DNA of 64,000 nucleotides from Phototrophicaceae bacterium. Lineage in GTDB: Bacteria; Chloroflexota; Anaerolineae; Aggregatilineales; Phototrophicaceae. Made by a program: the position numbers and the translations under genes. The stretch covers positions 162,643 through 226,642 of the forward strand of contig OZ245943.1 of assembly GCA_965230145.1 (NCBI GenBank), written 5' to 3'. Each line of letters starts with the position of its first letter. Positions within the stretch are counted from its first letter, which is position 1. Under the pieces are notes generated by a model. The model saw only the letters and a list, made by a program, of their open reading frames with translations. It did no database searches and was not told the DNA's origin. Shown here piece by piece: positions 17,867-27,131 of the stretch.

Positions 17867-20674
17867 TTATTTATGGCGTGGTTGCTTAGAATCCGTCTCG
17901 AAATCCCAATCAAAGGCGTATTCGGTAATCATGCTCTGATTAATTGCCCACGCGGTTTTACTACCTTCTGCTGGACTAGAGCTACGTCTGCGTCCGACAT
18001 AATTAACAGGTGTTCCCATGCCGACTAATTTCTTGAGTCGGTAGCCCATATATTCCCATGCCCCCATGTTTTTGGGTTCTTCTTGCGCCCAGACAATCTG
18101 CGTAACATTCGGGTAGCGTTCGACAATTTCACGCATTTCTGGCACAGGGAAGGGATACAATTGCTCAATACGCACTAGGGCAACATCAGGATATTGTTCA
18201 CGGAACTCTGCGCCTGCAAGGTCATAATAGAATTTTCCAGTGCAAAATACGAGGCGCTTTACATCCTCTGGCTTAACGGCTGTATCATCAATGACAGGTA
18301 GCCACTTGCCTGTTGTGAGGTCATTCATGTTTGCCATCACATTCGGGCTACGCAAGAGGCTTTTCGGAGCCATGACAATCAGTGGTAAGGGGTCGGATTC
18401 AATCAGCAAGGCTTGACGACGCAATAGGTGAAAATACTGCCCTGCCGTGGTCGGGTTCACAATTCGCATATTGGTATTGGCGGCTAAGGTTAAGAAACGC
18501 TCTGGACGCGCACTCGAATGGTCGGGACCTGCCCCTTCGTGACCATGAGGTAAGAGCATGACAAGCGATGGTTTTTCACCCCATTTTTCACGCCCTGACG
18601 AGATAAATTCATCAATGATATTTTGTGCGCCATTAACGAAATCGCCATATTGAGCTTCCCAGACGACGAGTGTGTCTTTAGCTTCGACGTTATAGCCATA
18701 TTCAAAACCGAGAACCGCTTCTTCTGAAAGTGGGCTATTGTGTATCTCAAAAGCGGCTTTGGATTGTGGAAATACTTGCAATGGGGAGAGTTCATCTCCG
18801 TTACCACTATCATGTAAAACCGCATGGCGATGGCTAAACGTCCCACGTTGGGCTTCTTGCCCTGTAAATCGAATAGGGATACCATCAGCCAGAATGGTTG
18901 CGAATGCAAATTCTTCTGCGCCTGCCCAATCAATTCCTCGTTCTTCGGGGTCATTGAGTGCTGTACGTCGACTCAGAATTGTCTTTTTGAAGCGTGTGCT
19001 ATAGAAATTAAATTCTTCTAATACACCGCGCAAACCGTCGTTAATCGCTACAAGCGTATCCGCATCAACTTTGGTTTCGATTTTCTTAGCTAAACCTTTT
19101 TCTGCCTCTACGACATCTAGGTCTGCAATGCCTTCTTGAGATTCTGCCATGGCTTCGTAAATAGATTGTAAGTGTTGCGTAGCATCTTCAACCAGCGTTT
19201 GAACCTCATCATCGGTAATTTCTCCGCGCTTCACTAAGGTATCTGCCCACAATTTGCGAACGGTGTCATGCGCGCGAACATCATCATACATGAGCGGTTG
19301 GGTAAAACCTGGTTCATCTAATTCATTGTGTCCATAGCGTCGATAGCCTACGAGGTCAACTAAGAAATCTTTCTCAAATTCGGCTGTATAAGCGGCGGCG
19401 AGACGCGCTACTTCAAGGCATGCCGCAGGGTCATCCGCATTGACGTGTACAATTGGCACATTAAAGCCTTTAGCAAGGTCACTCGCATAGAGTGTGCTGC
19501 GTCCGTCTTCAGGTAGAGTTGTGAAACCAAGTTGGTTATTAGCAATGATATGCAATGTACCGCCAACTGCGAAACCCGGTAATTTACTGAGGTTAAAAGT
19601 CTCTGCAACAATGCCTTGCCCGGGGAAGGCAGCATCCCCATGAATGAGGACTTGCATTGTAGCAAAGGGGTCAAATTCAGGCGCACCTGCTTTATGGCGT
19701 TTGGTTGCGGCGGCACGTGCCATACCCACAACCACAGGATTCACGGCTTCCAGATGGCTCGGGTTAGGTGCCATTTTTAGCACGAGGTCAGAATCAGGGA
19801 CTTTGTATTCTGCGCCTTTATGATACTTCACATCATCGACTGTCCAGCCGATGGCTTCGTTTTCTCCTGCACGTTCGCGTGTATCAGCAAATTCAGCGAG
19901 AATTTTCTTATAATCGCGTTGCATGATGTGTGCTAGAACGTTTAAGCGTCCGCGATGTGCCATACCGATACCTACTAATGTTGATTGAGTCGATTTGGCA
20001 TGATTAACCACTTCATCTAGCATAGGAATCATCATATCCAGACCTTCTACCGAAAATCGATATTTAGTCGGAAAGGTGCGTTGGAGGAAATGCTCCATTG
20101 CTTCAACTTGTGTGAGACGTTTTAGAAGTGAGATACTCTCTTCGGATGTGCCTTCATAACGGAAGCGTCGTGATTCAATGGCTTCACGTAGCCATGCCCG
20201 CTCTTCCGGAATATGAATATGTTCATTATCCCAGCCAATTGATTGTGAATAAATATCACGGAGTTCTTGTACGACTTGATAAGCATTACTGGCTTGTTGG
20301 GCTAGAGTGCCGTCTGTAACTAAGCTGGCAGGAATTGATTTCAAATCATCGTCAGTCACATGGTGTGTATCAAGATGTAATGATGGGTCATCAGGTGGTG
20401 CATAGCCGAGCGGATTCAATTGTGCGCCGAGATGCCCAAACTGGCGGATGGATTGTACGAGTTCAACTGCGCCAACTACTTTACGCATATCCATAGATGG
20501 CGTAGCTGTTACGCCATTGCTTTCAGGCGCGTCTATCACCAGCATGTCGGGCGACCAATTGCTGAAAAATTCGGCTGTTTCAGCATCTACCGATTCGGGT
20601 GATTCTAGATAACGGTCATAGAGTTCAAGAACATAACCGAGGTTTTGTCCTGTAAAATATTGTGCGGAAACCAT
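17867..20674 (-). CDS. sucA: 2-oxoglutarate dehydrogenase E1 component
   Basis: 935 aa with an E1o-type N-terminus (NLGYVLELYDRYLESPESVD) and ThDP-binding and transketolase-like domains. Confidence 0.93.
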   Translation of the reverse strand: MVSAQYFTGQNLGYVLELYDRYLESPESVDAETAEFFSNWSPDMLVIDAPESNGVTATPSMDMRKVVGAVELVQSIRQFGHLGAQLNPLGYAPPDDPSLHLDTHHVTDDDLKSIPASLVTDGTLAQQASNAYQVVQELRDIYSQSIGWDNEHIHIPEERAWLREAIESRRFRYEGTSEESISLLKRLTQVEAMEHFLQRTFPTKYRFSVEGLDMMIPMLDEVVNHAKSTQSTLVGIGMAHRGRLNVLAHIMQRDYKKILAEFADTRERAGENEAIGWTVDDVKYHKGAEYKVPDSDLVLKMAPNPSHLEAVNPVVVGMARAAATKRHKAGAPEFDPFATMQVLIHGDAAFPGQGIVAETFNLSKLPGFAVGGTLHIIANNQLGFTTLPEDGRSTLYASDLAKGFNVPIVHVNADDPAACLEVARLAAAYTAEFEKDFLVDLVGYRRYGHNELDEPGFTQPLMYDDVRAHDTVRKLWADTLVKRGEITDDEVQTLVEDATQHLQSIYEAMAESQEGIADLDVVEAEKGLAKKIETKVDADTLVAINDGLRGVLEEFNFYSTRFKKTILSRRTALNDPEERGIDWAGAEEFAFATILADGIPIRFTGQEAQRGTFSHRHAVLHDSGNGDELSPLQVFPQSKAAFEIHNSPLSEEAVLGFEYGYNVEAKDTLVVWEAQYGDFVNGAQNIIDEFISSGREKWGEKPSLVMLLPHGHEGAGPDHSSARPERFLTLAANTNMRIVNPTTAGQYFHLLRRQALLIESDPLPLIVMAPKSLLRSPNVMANMNDLTTGKWLPVIDDTAVKPEDVKRLVFCTGKFYYDLAGAEFREQYPDVALVRIEQLYPFPVPEMREIVERYPNVTQIVWAQEEPKNMGAWEYMGYRLKKLVGMGTPVNYVGRRRSSSPAEGSKTAWAINQSMITEYAFDWDFETDSKQPRHK

Positions 20675-20900
20675 AGGGTTTCTATTGCCCCTCTAAATTT
20701 CTGATAATTATTGACTCTAGGGTAGCATACAATTTTCTATCTTATAGACAACAATTCTAACGAATTTGCTTTTATTTTGGTATTGTTTGACTCATTTATT
20801 AGGCTATTACTCAGAATTGTTCATTCTATCATTCACAAGATTTATAAATTGTTAAAAGTATCTAAGATTTATCCCCATTTATGATGTTTCATGGTAATAT

Positions 20901-20918
20901 AAACTGACCAGTCAGTCT
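20901..20918. promoter_or_regulatory. Candidate TetR operator (imperfect 18-bp palindrome)
   Basis: AAACTGACCAGTCAGTCT with a perfect core ACTGAC-CA-GTCAGT. It lies directly after a TAATAT -10-like hexamer and 19 nt upstream of the tetR start. Confidence 0.4.
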
Positions 20919-20936
20919 ATTTGTGAAGAAAATCAC

Positions 20937-21533
20937 ATGACAGAGAATCCGAAGAATACAAAAGACCGAATTTTAGATGCAGCAATGAGCATTTTCAGCC
21001 GTAAGGGCTATTACGATACGCATCTTGATGAAATTGCTGTTGAATCCGAATCATCTAAAGGTTCAATCTACTTTCATTTTCCTAATAAAGAGAAGTTATT
21101 CATTTCACTGGTTGACCAATTTGCGGATGTGATTGAGCGCAATGTGACCAGCGCAATTGAAGCTGAACCAAAAGGCATGCGTCGGGTGCAGGTGGCAATA
21201 GAAGCTGTGCTGGATACCTTCGGCAAGTATCGTCGCCCTGCCAAGATTTTGCTGGTGCAAGCAGTTGGATTAGGCAATGTTTTCGAGAAAAAACGCATGG
21301 AAGTCACTGACCGTTTTGCTGAATTGATTCAGACTTATTTAGAAGAAGCGATTGAAATCGGTGATATTGAGCCTGTCGATACAGAAGTCGTATCGCACGC
21401 ATGGATGGGTGCAATCTTTAACGTGGTTATTCAGTGGGTATATACAGGCGAACCAAACCCTGAGCGTATCATGGACGCGCTTGTGCCAATGTTATTGAAT
21501 AGTGTCGAGTATAAGTCTAGCAAAGAGAGCTAA
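20937..21533 (+). CDS. TetR/AcrR-family transcriptional regulator
   Basis: N-terminal HTH (ILDAAMSIFSRKGYYDTHLDEIAVESESSKGSIYFHFPNKEKL). Confidence 0.85.
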   Translation: MTENPKNTKDRILDAAMSIFSRKGYYDTHLDEIAVESESSKGSIYFHFPNKEKLFISLVDQFADVIERNVTSAIEAEPKGMRRVQVAIEAVLDTFGKYRRPAKILLVQAVGLGNVFEKKRMEVTDRFAELIQTYLEEAIEIGDIEPVDTEVVSHAWMGAIFNVVIQWVYTGEPNPERIMDALVPMLLNSVEYKSSKES

Positions 21534-21537
21534 GGCA

Positions 21538-22911
21538 ATGTCTGAAGTTGATAATACAACCTATGCCAGTATCCCTGCTCAATATGGTCGTCTGATTAGC
21601 ACGCATATCCCCTGCCCTGATGTATCACTCGCACAATTCTTACAATCAGGACGTGGTAGCGAACGCTTTTATTGGGAGAGTGCACGGGATAATGTGGCAT
21701 TTGCAGGACTCGGGGTTGCGGTTGAGATTATGGGCTATGGTGTAGACCGTTTTGAGACCGTTCGGCATCATGCTACTGAACTCTTTGCCGATGCAATGGT
21801 TTTAGATGAACAAGAGGCTCTGGCATCACCACGATTATTTGGTGGGTTCTCATTTCGGGATGATTTCGTACCTGATGTAGCATGGTCAGATTTTCCACCT
21901 GCCCATTTTGTCTTACCTCATTATCAGTTGACGCGCGTCGGGGATGTGACGTGGTTGGCAATTAACGCACATATTGCTTATGGTGAACCCCCTTTGAGTT
22001 TATTGCGTGATTTGCAAGAAGCACTCAAGGCAAAGGTTGCCGAATTACAAGCGTTTACCGCATCTAATCCCGTAAAAACCAAACAGACTGACATCAATTA
22101 TCCGATGCCTTTTGACACATGGCAGAAGAATATTCAATCAGCGACGGAGCGCATGAAAGACGGCGAATTTAACAAGGTTGTCTTATCGCGCGTGGCAGAA
22201 ATTCGCTTTGATAATTATGTCGATACCGATAGCGCCTTGGATTTCCTTGATAAAACCTATCCTGAAACCTATCGTTTCTTATTTGAACCGCGTCCGCATA
22301 GTGCCTTCTATGGTGCAACACCTGAATTATTGGCACAGGTAGAGGACAAACACTTCACGACAATGGCGTTGGCTGGAAGTATTCAGCGTGGTAATACGCC
22401 CGAAGAAGATAAACGCTATGGCGACGAGCTACTGAATAGTCCGAAAGATAGCTATGAGCATCAGGTGGTGATTGATGGCATTACGGAACGCCTATCCCCC
22501 TTAGCTAAGAGCCTCGATATTGGCGAGACAGGCATCATGACACTCAGTAATATTCAGCATATTCATACGCCAATTTCAGCAAATCTTAAGCAAAATGATG
22601 GCATTATTCCGATTGTGGAAGCCTTGCATCCGACCCCTGCTCTCGGTGGTGACCCACGTGAAGTTGCGATGTCTGTGATTGGGGAGTATGAGTCTGTGCC
22701 ACGCGGTTGGTATGCTGCGCCTGTGGGTTGGATAGACCGCAATTTGGATGGTCAATTCGGTGTGGCGATACGCTCGGCGATTGCTCAGGAGAAGCGTGTG
22801 TGGTTGTATGCGGGGGCTGGTATTGTGGCAGAGAGTGACCCCAAGAAAGAGTGGGATGAAACGGCATTGAAGTTTAGTCCCATGCTTAATGCTTTGAAGA
22901 TAAAAACATAA
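21538..22911 (+). CDS. menF: Isochorismate synthase
   Basis: Chorismate-binding family motifs (LAGSIQRG, SPKDSYEHQVV, LHPTPALGG, AGAGIV). The ATG at 21538 lies 4 nt after the tetR stop. Confidence 0.88.
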   Translation: MSEVDNTTYASIPAQYGRLISTHIPCPDVSLAQFLQSGRGSERFYWESARDNVAFAGLGVAVEIMGYGVDRFETVRHHATELFADAMVLDEQEALASPRLFGGFSFRDDFVPDVAWSDFPPAHFVLPHYQLTRVGDVTWLAINAHIAYGEPPLSLLRDLQEALKAKVAELQAFTASNPVKTKQTDINYPMPFDTWQKNIQSATERMKDGEFNKVVLSRVAEIRFDNYVDTDSALDFLDKTYPETYRFLFEPRPHSAFYGATPELLAQVEDKHFTTMALAGSIQRGNTPEEDKRYGDELLNSPKDSYEHQVVIDGITERLSPLAKSLDIGETGIMTLSNIQHIHTPISANLKQNDGIIPIVEALHPTPALGGDPREVAMSVIGEYESVPRGWYAAPVGWIDRNLDGQFGVAIRSAIAQEKRVWLYAGAGIVAESDPKKEWDETALKFSPMLNALKIKT

Positions 22912-22920
22912 AAAGCATTT

Positions 22921-23390
22921 AAACCACAGAGGCGCAAAGGCACAGAGAAAAAGAGGATAAAGCAAAATTAATCATGAAAAAAGTTGATGAGGCAACCAAT
23001 AATCTCTCATATCAGATTATCGGGGCGGCGATGGAAGTTCATCGCACATTAGGGGCTGGATTATTAGAGAGTGTTTATGAAGAGGCATTCTGCATTGAAC
23101 TAGAAGAAAAGAATCTGCCCTATGAGCGACAAAAAGACATTGGCATCGTGTATAAAGGTCGGTCTATAGGCAACATGCGTGCAGATATTATTGTTGATAA
23201 CCATATTATTGTAGAACTGAAAGCGGTTGAAAGATTATTAGGCGTGCATGATGCACAGATTCTCACTTACTTAAAAATTACTCAATTACGACTAGGTTTA
23301 CTCATCAATTTTAATTCCACTATTTTAAAGAATGGTATCAAAAGAGTGATTTTATGAGCTTTTCTCTGTGTCTTTGTGTCTCTGTGGTTC
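22921..23390 (+). mobile_element. 470-bp inverted-repeat-bounded unit carrying a GxxExxY gene, inserted between menF and menD
   Basis: The left arm (22921-22956, AAACCACAGAGGCGCAAAGGCACAGAGAAAAAG) and the reverse complement of the right arm (23359-23390, GAACCACAGAGACACAAAGACACAGAGAAAAG) match at about 28 of 32 positions. Mobility itself is inferred. Confidence 0.55.
22974..23357 (+). CDS. GxxExxY-family protein (PD-(D/E)XK nuclease-like fold)
   Basis: 127 aa. GAGLLESVYE is the family's eponymous motif, followed by ADIIVDNHIIVELK (D..ExK-like) and LLINF. Confidence 0.85.
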   Translation: MKKVDEATNNLSYQIIGAAMEVHRTLGAGLLESVYEEAFCIELEEKNLPYERQKDIGIVYKGRSIGNMRADIIVDNHIIVELKAVERLLGVHDAQILTYLKITQLRLGLLINFNSTILKNGIKRVIL

Positions 23391-23411
23391 ATATTTTTAT
23401 GGTGAATAATT

Positions 23412-25271
23412 ATGAGTAATCGCAATATTTTATGGGGTCAAATTTTCGTTGATGAATTGGCGCGGAGTGGCTTGAAAGCAGTTTGTGCCGCACCGGGTAG
23501 CCGACATACGCCCTTGATGTTGGCATTTGCAAAGCACCCTGATATTCAGGTGTATTCCCATTTGGATGAACGCAGTGCGTCGTTCTTCGCTTTGGGATTG
23601 GCTCTGGCGAGTGATGAACCTGTCGCGTTGGTTTGTTCGTCAGGGACGGCTGGGGCGAATATGTACCCTGCTATCATTGAAGCGCATCAAAGCCGTGTGC
23701 CGTTGATTGTATTGACAGCCGATAGACCGCATGAATTACGGCATAGTGGCGCGAACCAAACCATCGACCAGATTAAGATGTTCGGGGATTTTGTGCTGTG
23801 GTTTGTGGATATGCCCTTGCCCGAAGCGAACCCACCTGCGATTGCGATTCGGAATTTAAGGACAACAGCCAACCGTGCCTATGCCAAAGCGAATGGATTG
23901 CGAAAAGGTGTGGTGCATCTCAACTTCCCCTTCCGTAAGCCCTTAGAGCCGACTCCTGTTGAGGGAGATATGGTGGACGTGCCAGAAGATGCTGAGGCGA
24001 GAGAAAATAACCAACCATTTACTACTCAATGGCGAGGAACTTTGCGGACAATCGCTTGGCGTGAGAAACATTTGCTGGAACTGGGTAAGATAATTGACCA
24101 AATACCTAATGGCATTATTATCTGTGGAAATAATCTACCAAGACACAAGTTATATTCTGAGGATTTAGTACCTTCGGAAAAAAAGCCAAATATAAACTAT
24201 CCTATAGAATTCTCTCAAAGCATTATAGATTTTTCGATTGCTTGTGGTTATCCGATTATTGCAGATAGCACTTCTGGATTACGTTTCTACTCAGATAAAA
24301 GTGCAATATATGTAGAGTTCTCAGCGTTCGATAGTATTTCTCAGCAAGTATTAAATTCTATACAGCCCGAAATGATAATTCGCTTTGGAGATGTGCCAAC
24401 CTCAAAGAATATTAATCAATTACTAGCAAATACTAAAGCAAAACACCATATTTTAATTCGTTCCGATGGCGAATGGTCTGATGACAATCACAACATCACG
24501 CAATTTATCCAAGCTGATGAATTTGACATCATCGAGTTAGAAGATGAAATTTTAGTCAATTCGCGTGGACATGATACAGATTGGAAAAATCTATTCAAGC
24601 GTATCGAAAATACAACATGGGAAACAATTGACCATGAGATAGACACGGGAGCGTATTTTGACGGGGCTGTGGTTTACGACGTGGTGGATTTAATCCCCCA
24701 TGAAAGCACTTTGTTTGTGGGGAATAGTCTGCCTGTGCGTCATCTTGACCAATTCGGGAAGCCCCAAGATAAGCGCATCTACACCTATGCCAATCGGGGT
24801 GCATCAGGCATAGATGGTAATATCAGTACTGCACTCGGCGCAGGGTCAGCGCGACCTGATAAGCCTCTGGTGGGCATCTTTGGGGACATCACGTTTTATC
24901 ATGATATGAATGGCTTGCTGGCGGTGCATCGTTGTGGTGTACCGATTACGATTGTGCTAATTAACAACGATGGAGGTGGTATTTTCAATCGTCTGCCAAT
25001 TAAAGACTATGAGCCTGAGTTCACCGAGTATTTCATCACGCCACATGGACTCGATTTCTCACATACTGCCAAGCTATATGGGTTAGATTATATTCAGATT
25101 GATGCGCGTGAGGGTCAACGGGAAGCACGAACAGCCCTTCGTCAGGCATTTAGTGAGGTGGTTGGGAGCGAGAAAAGTACGATTATTGAAGTACAAACGA
25201 ATGGCAAATTCGATGATGCGCGTCGGCGAGAGATAGTGAGTGCGGTGCATCGACAACTGGAAGCACTGTAA
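23412..25271 (+). CDS. menD: SEPHCHC synthase (2-succinyl-5-enolpyruvyl-6-hydroxy-3-cyclohexene-1-carboxylate synthase)
   Basis: PGSRHTPL, DERSASFFALG, SSGTAGANMYPAIIEA and LTADRPHELRHSGANQTIDQ, plus a C-terminal ThDP motif region (GDITFYHDMNGL..NNDGGGIF). Confidence 0.92.
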   Translation: MSNRNILWGQIFVDELARSGLKAVCAAPGSRHTPLMLAFAKHPDIQVYSHLDERSASFFALGLALASDEPVALVCSSGTAGANMYPAIIEAHQSRVPLIVLTADRPHELRHSGANQTIDQIKMFGDFVLWFVDMPLPEANPPAIAIRNLRTTANRAYAKANGLRKGVVHLNFPFRKPLEPTPVEGDMVDVPEDAEARENNQPFTTQWRGTLRTIAWREKHLLELGKIIDQIPNGIIICGNNLPRHKLYSEDLVPSEKKPNINYPIEFSQSIIDFSIACGYPIIADSTSGLRFYSDKSAIYVEFSAFDSISQQVLNSIQPEMIIRFGDVPTSKNINQLLANTKAKHHILIRSDGEWSDDNHNITQFIQADEFDIIELEDEILVNSRGHDTDWKNLFKRIENTTWETIDHEIDTGAYFDGAVVYDVVDLIPHESTLFVGNSLPVRHLDQFGKPQDKRIYTYANRGASGIDGNISTALGAGSARPDKPLVGIFGDITFYHDMNGLLAVHRCGVPITIVLINNDGGGIFNRLPIKDYEPEFTEYFITPHGLDFSHTAKLYGLDYIQIDAREGQREARTALRQAFSEVVGSEKSTIIEVQTNGKFDDARRREIVSAVHRQLEAL

Positions 25272-25273
25272 TT

Positions 25274-25306
25274 CACCACGAAGAAACGAAGGACACGAAG
25301 AAATGA
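25274..25306 (+). repeat. Solo copy (CACGAAG variant) of the ~32-nt repeat, 3 nt after the menD stop
   Basis: TCACCACGAAGAAACGAAGGACACGAAGAAATG has the same three-part ~8-nt periodic structure as the CACAGAG copies. Confidence 0.6.
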
Positions 25307-25495
25307 TGAGAAAAAACATAACCCCCTCCGTCGCTGACGCGACACCTCCCCCGAATTCAGTGGAGGATGAGTAAATTTGGATTTTTGCATAGTTATTGAC
25401 TTATTTTTTACTAAGTGTAAAAAAAGCATCTTTTTGGCATCATCACAAAAATTTTATTTAAGGTCATTATTTATATACATATTTAGGAGTAAAGT

Positions 25496-26383
25496 ATGGT
25501 AACTACAGCCGAAGAACAAGCCCAAATTAAGACCGAAGACCTGATGAAATTGGTCGATTGGCAACAAGTCACTGACTATGAAGATATTACCTTCCACAAA
25601 GGTAGTGGAATTGCACGGATTGCCTTCAATCGTCCTGACATTCGCAACGCCTTTCGTCCGACAACGATTGATGAAATGACAGAAGCCTTCCTCAATTCAT
25701 GGCACGATAGCAGTGTCGGGGTGATTTGGATTACGGCTAATGGACCGAGTAGCAAAGATGGTATTTGGTCATTTTGTGCGGGTGGCGACCAAAGTGTGCG
25801 TGGTCATGCTGGCTATGTCGGCGATGATGGTGTGGCACGTCTGAACGTCTTGCAATTACAACGTTACATTCGCAATTGTCCGAAACCTGTGATTGCGGTT
25901 GTCCCTGGTTTTGCGATTGGTGGCGGGCATGTGCTTCATGTCTGCTGTGATTTGACCATCAGCAGTGATAATGCGATTTATGGTCAAACAGGTCCGATTG
26001 TCGGCAGTTTTGATGCTGGTTATGGTTCTGCTTATCTAGCAAGTCACATCGGGCAAAAGAAAGCGCGTGAAATCTGGTTCTTGTGCCGTCAATACAGTGC
26101 TGAGGATGCTGAGAAAATGGGTATGGTCAATACGGTTGTGCCACTGAAAGACCTCGAAGCGGAAGCCTTGCAATGGTCGAAAGAAATCCTCGAAAAATCA
26201 CCGATTGCCTTACGCTTTATCAAGGCAGGTCTGAATGCTGAATTGGATGGTCAGACAGGCGTGCAGGTGATGGCTGGTGATGCGACGATGCTCTACTACA
26301 TGACGGAAGAAGGTAGCGAAGGTAAAAATGCTTTCCTAGAAAAACGTAAGCCTGACTTTAGCAAGTTCCCCCGTCGCCCATGA
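25496..26383 (+). CDS. menB: 1,4-dihydroxy-2-naphthoyl-CoA synthase
   Basis: Crotonase fold with MenB-specific stretches ([42 protein letters not shown]). Confidence 0.93.
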   Translation: MVTTAEEQAQIKTEDLMKLVDWQQVTDYEDITFHKGSGIARIAFNRPDIRNAFRPTTIDEMTEAFLNSWHDSSVGVIWITANGPSSKDGIWSFCAGGDQSVRGHAGYVGDDGVARLNVLQLQRYIRNCPKPVIAVVPGFAIGGGHVLHVCCDLTISSDNAIYGQTGPIVGSFDAGYGSAYLASHIGQKKAREIWFLCRQYSAEDAEKMGMVNTVVPLKDLEAEALQWSKEILEKSPIALRFIKAGLNAELDGQTGVQVMAGDATMLYYMTEEGSEGKNAFLEKRKPDFSKFPRRP

Positions 26384-26467
26384 CGCAGGCAACAAGTCCC
26401 TCAGATGATGAGGGGCTTTTTGTTTTCTGATACAATAGATGTAATCTCAATTGTGGAGATAGGTATC

Positions 26468-27124
26468 ATGGTTGATAAATTTGCAGACGAACATCAGATT
26501 TCACTTCCGCGTGATTTGCCGAGTGGTCAAATTATGGCTGTTGATGTGGATGTCGATATTTATATGCGTGACTATGCTGAAAGTTTTTACGAATGGGTCA
26601 ATGGGGTATTAATAAAGATGTCGCCCGTATCTGGTAAACATGATGGTATCACCAACTACATTCGTAATCTGCTTGATGCTTATTTCTCGCTCAAACAACT
26701 AGGGACAACGAGAGGCGCACCTTTCGTCATGCGCTTGGATACCGTCAATTCGCGTCGTGAGCCTGATTTACAAGTTATCCTCAATACAAATTCTGATACA
26801 TTGAATGATACCTATATGGACGGTGCAAGTGACATCTGCATTGAAGTTGTCTCCCCTTTTAATGAAGGCACAGATTATGGCGATAAATTGCGTGAATATG
26901 AATTGGGCGGTGTGCGTGAATATTGGCTGATTGACCCCCGTCGGCAAGAAGTTCGTTTTCATCGCCTAAGCGATACAGGAATTTATAAGTCAATATTACC
27001 TGTGGATGGCATCTATAGCACCCCTCTATTACCAGATTTTCAACTAGAGATTGCGATTTTATGGCACGAGGAATTACCCAATTTCTATGCAATCGCTGAG
27101 GCTGTTAAGGCGATGGTTGAGTAA
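26468..27124 (+). CDS. Uma2-family (restriction-endonuclease-like fold) protein
   Basis: FYEWVNGVLIKMSPVSGKH...EPDLQVI...ASDICIEVVSPFN...KLREYELGGVREYWLIDP is the Uma2 pattern. GGAGA lies upstream of the ATG at 26468. Confidence 0.8.
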   Translation: MVDKFADEHQISLPRDLPSGQIMAVDVDVDIYMRDYAESFYEWVNGVLIKMSPVSGKHDGITNYIRNLLDAYFSLKQLGTTRGAPFVMRLDTVNSRREPDLQVILNTNSDTLNDTYMDGASDICIEVVSPFNEGTDYGDKLREYELGGVREYWLIDPRRQEVRFHRLSDTGIYKSILPVDGIYSTPLLPDFQLEIAILWHEELPNFYAIAEAVKAMVE

Positions 27125-27131
27125 CCATATT

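Noticed and set aside
22576-22965. 129-aa and 87-aa minus-strand ORFs overlapping the 3' end of menF
   Set aside because: They are antisense to a conserved isochorismate synthase region and run into the repeat arm, with no recognisable motifs.
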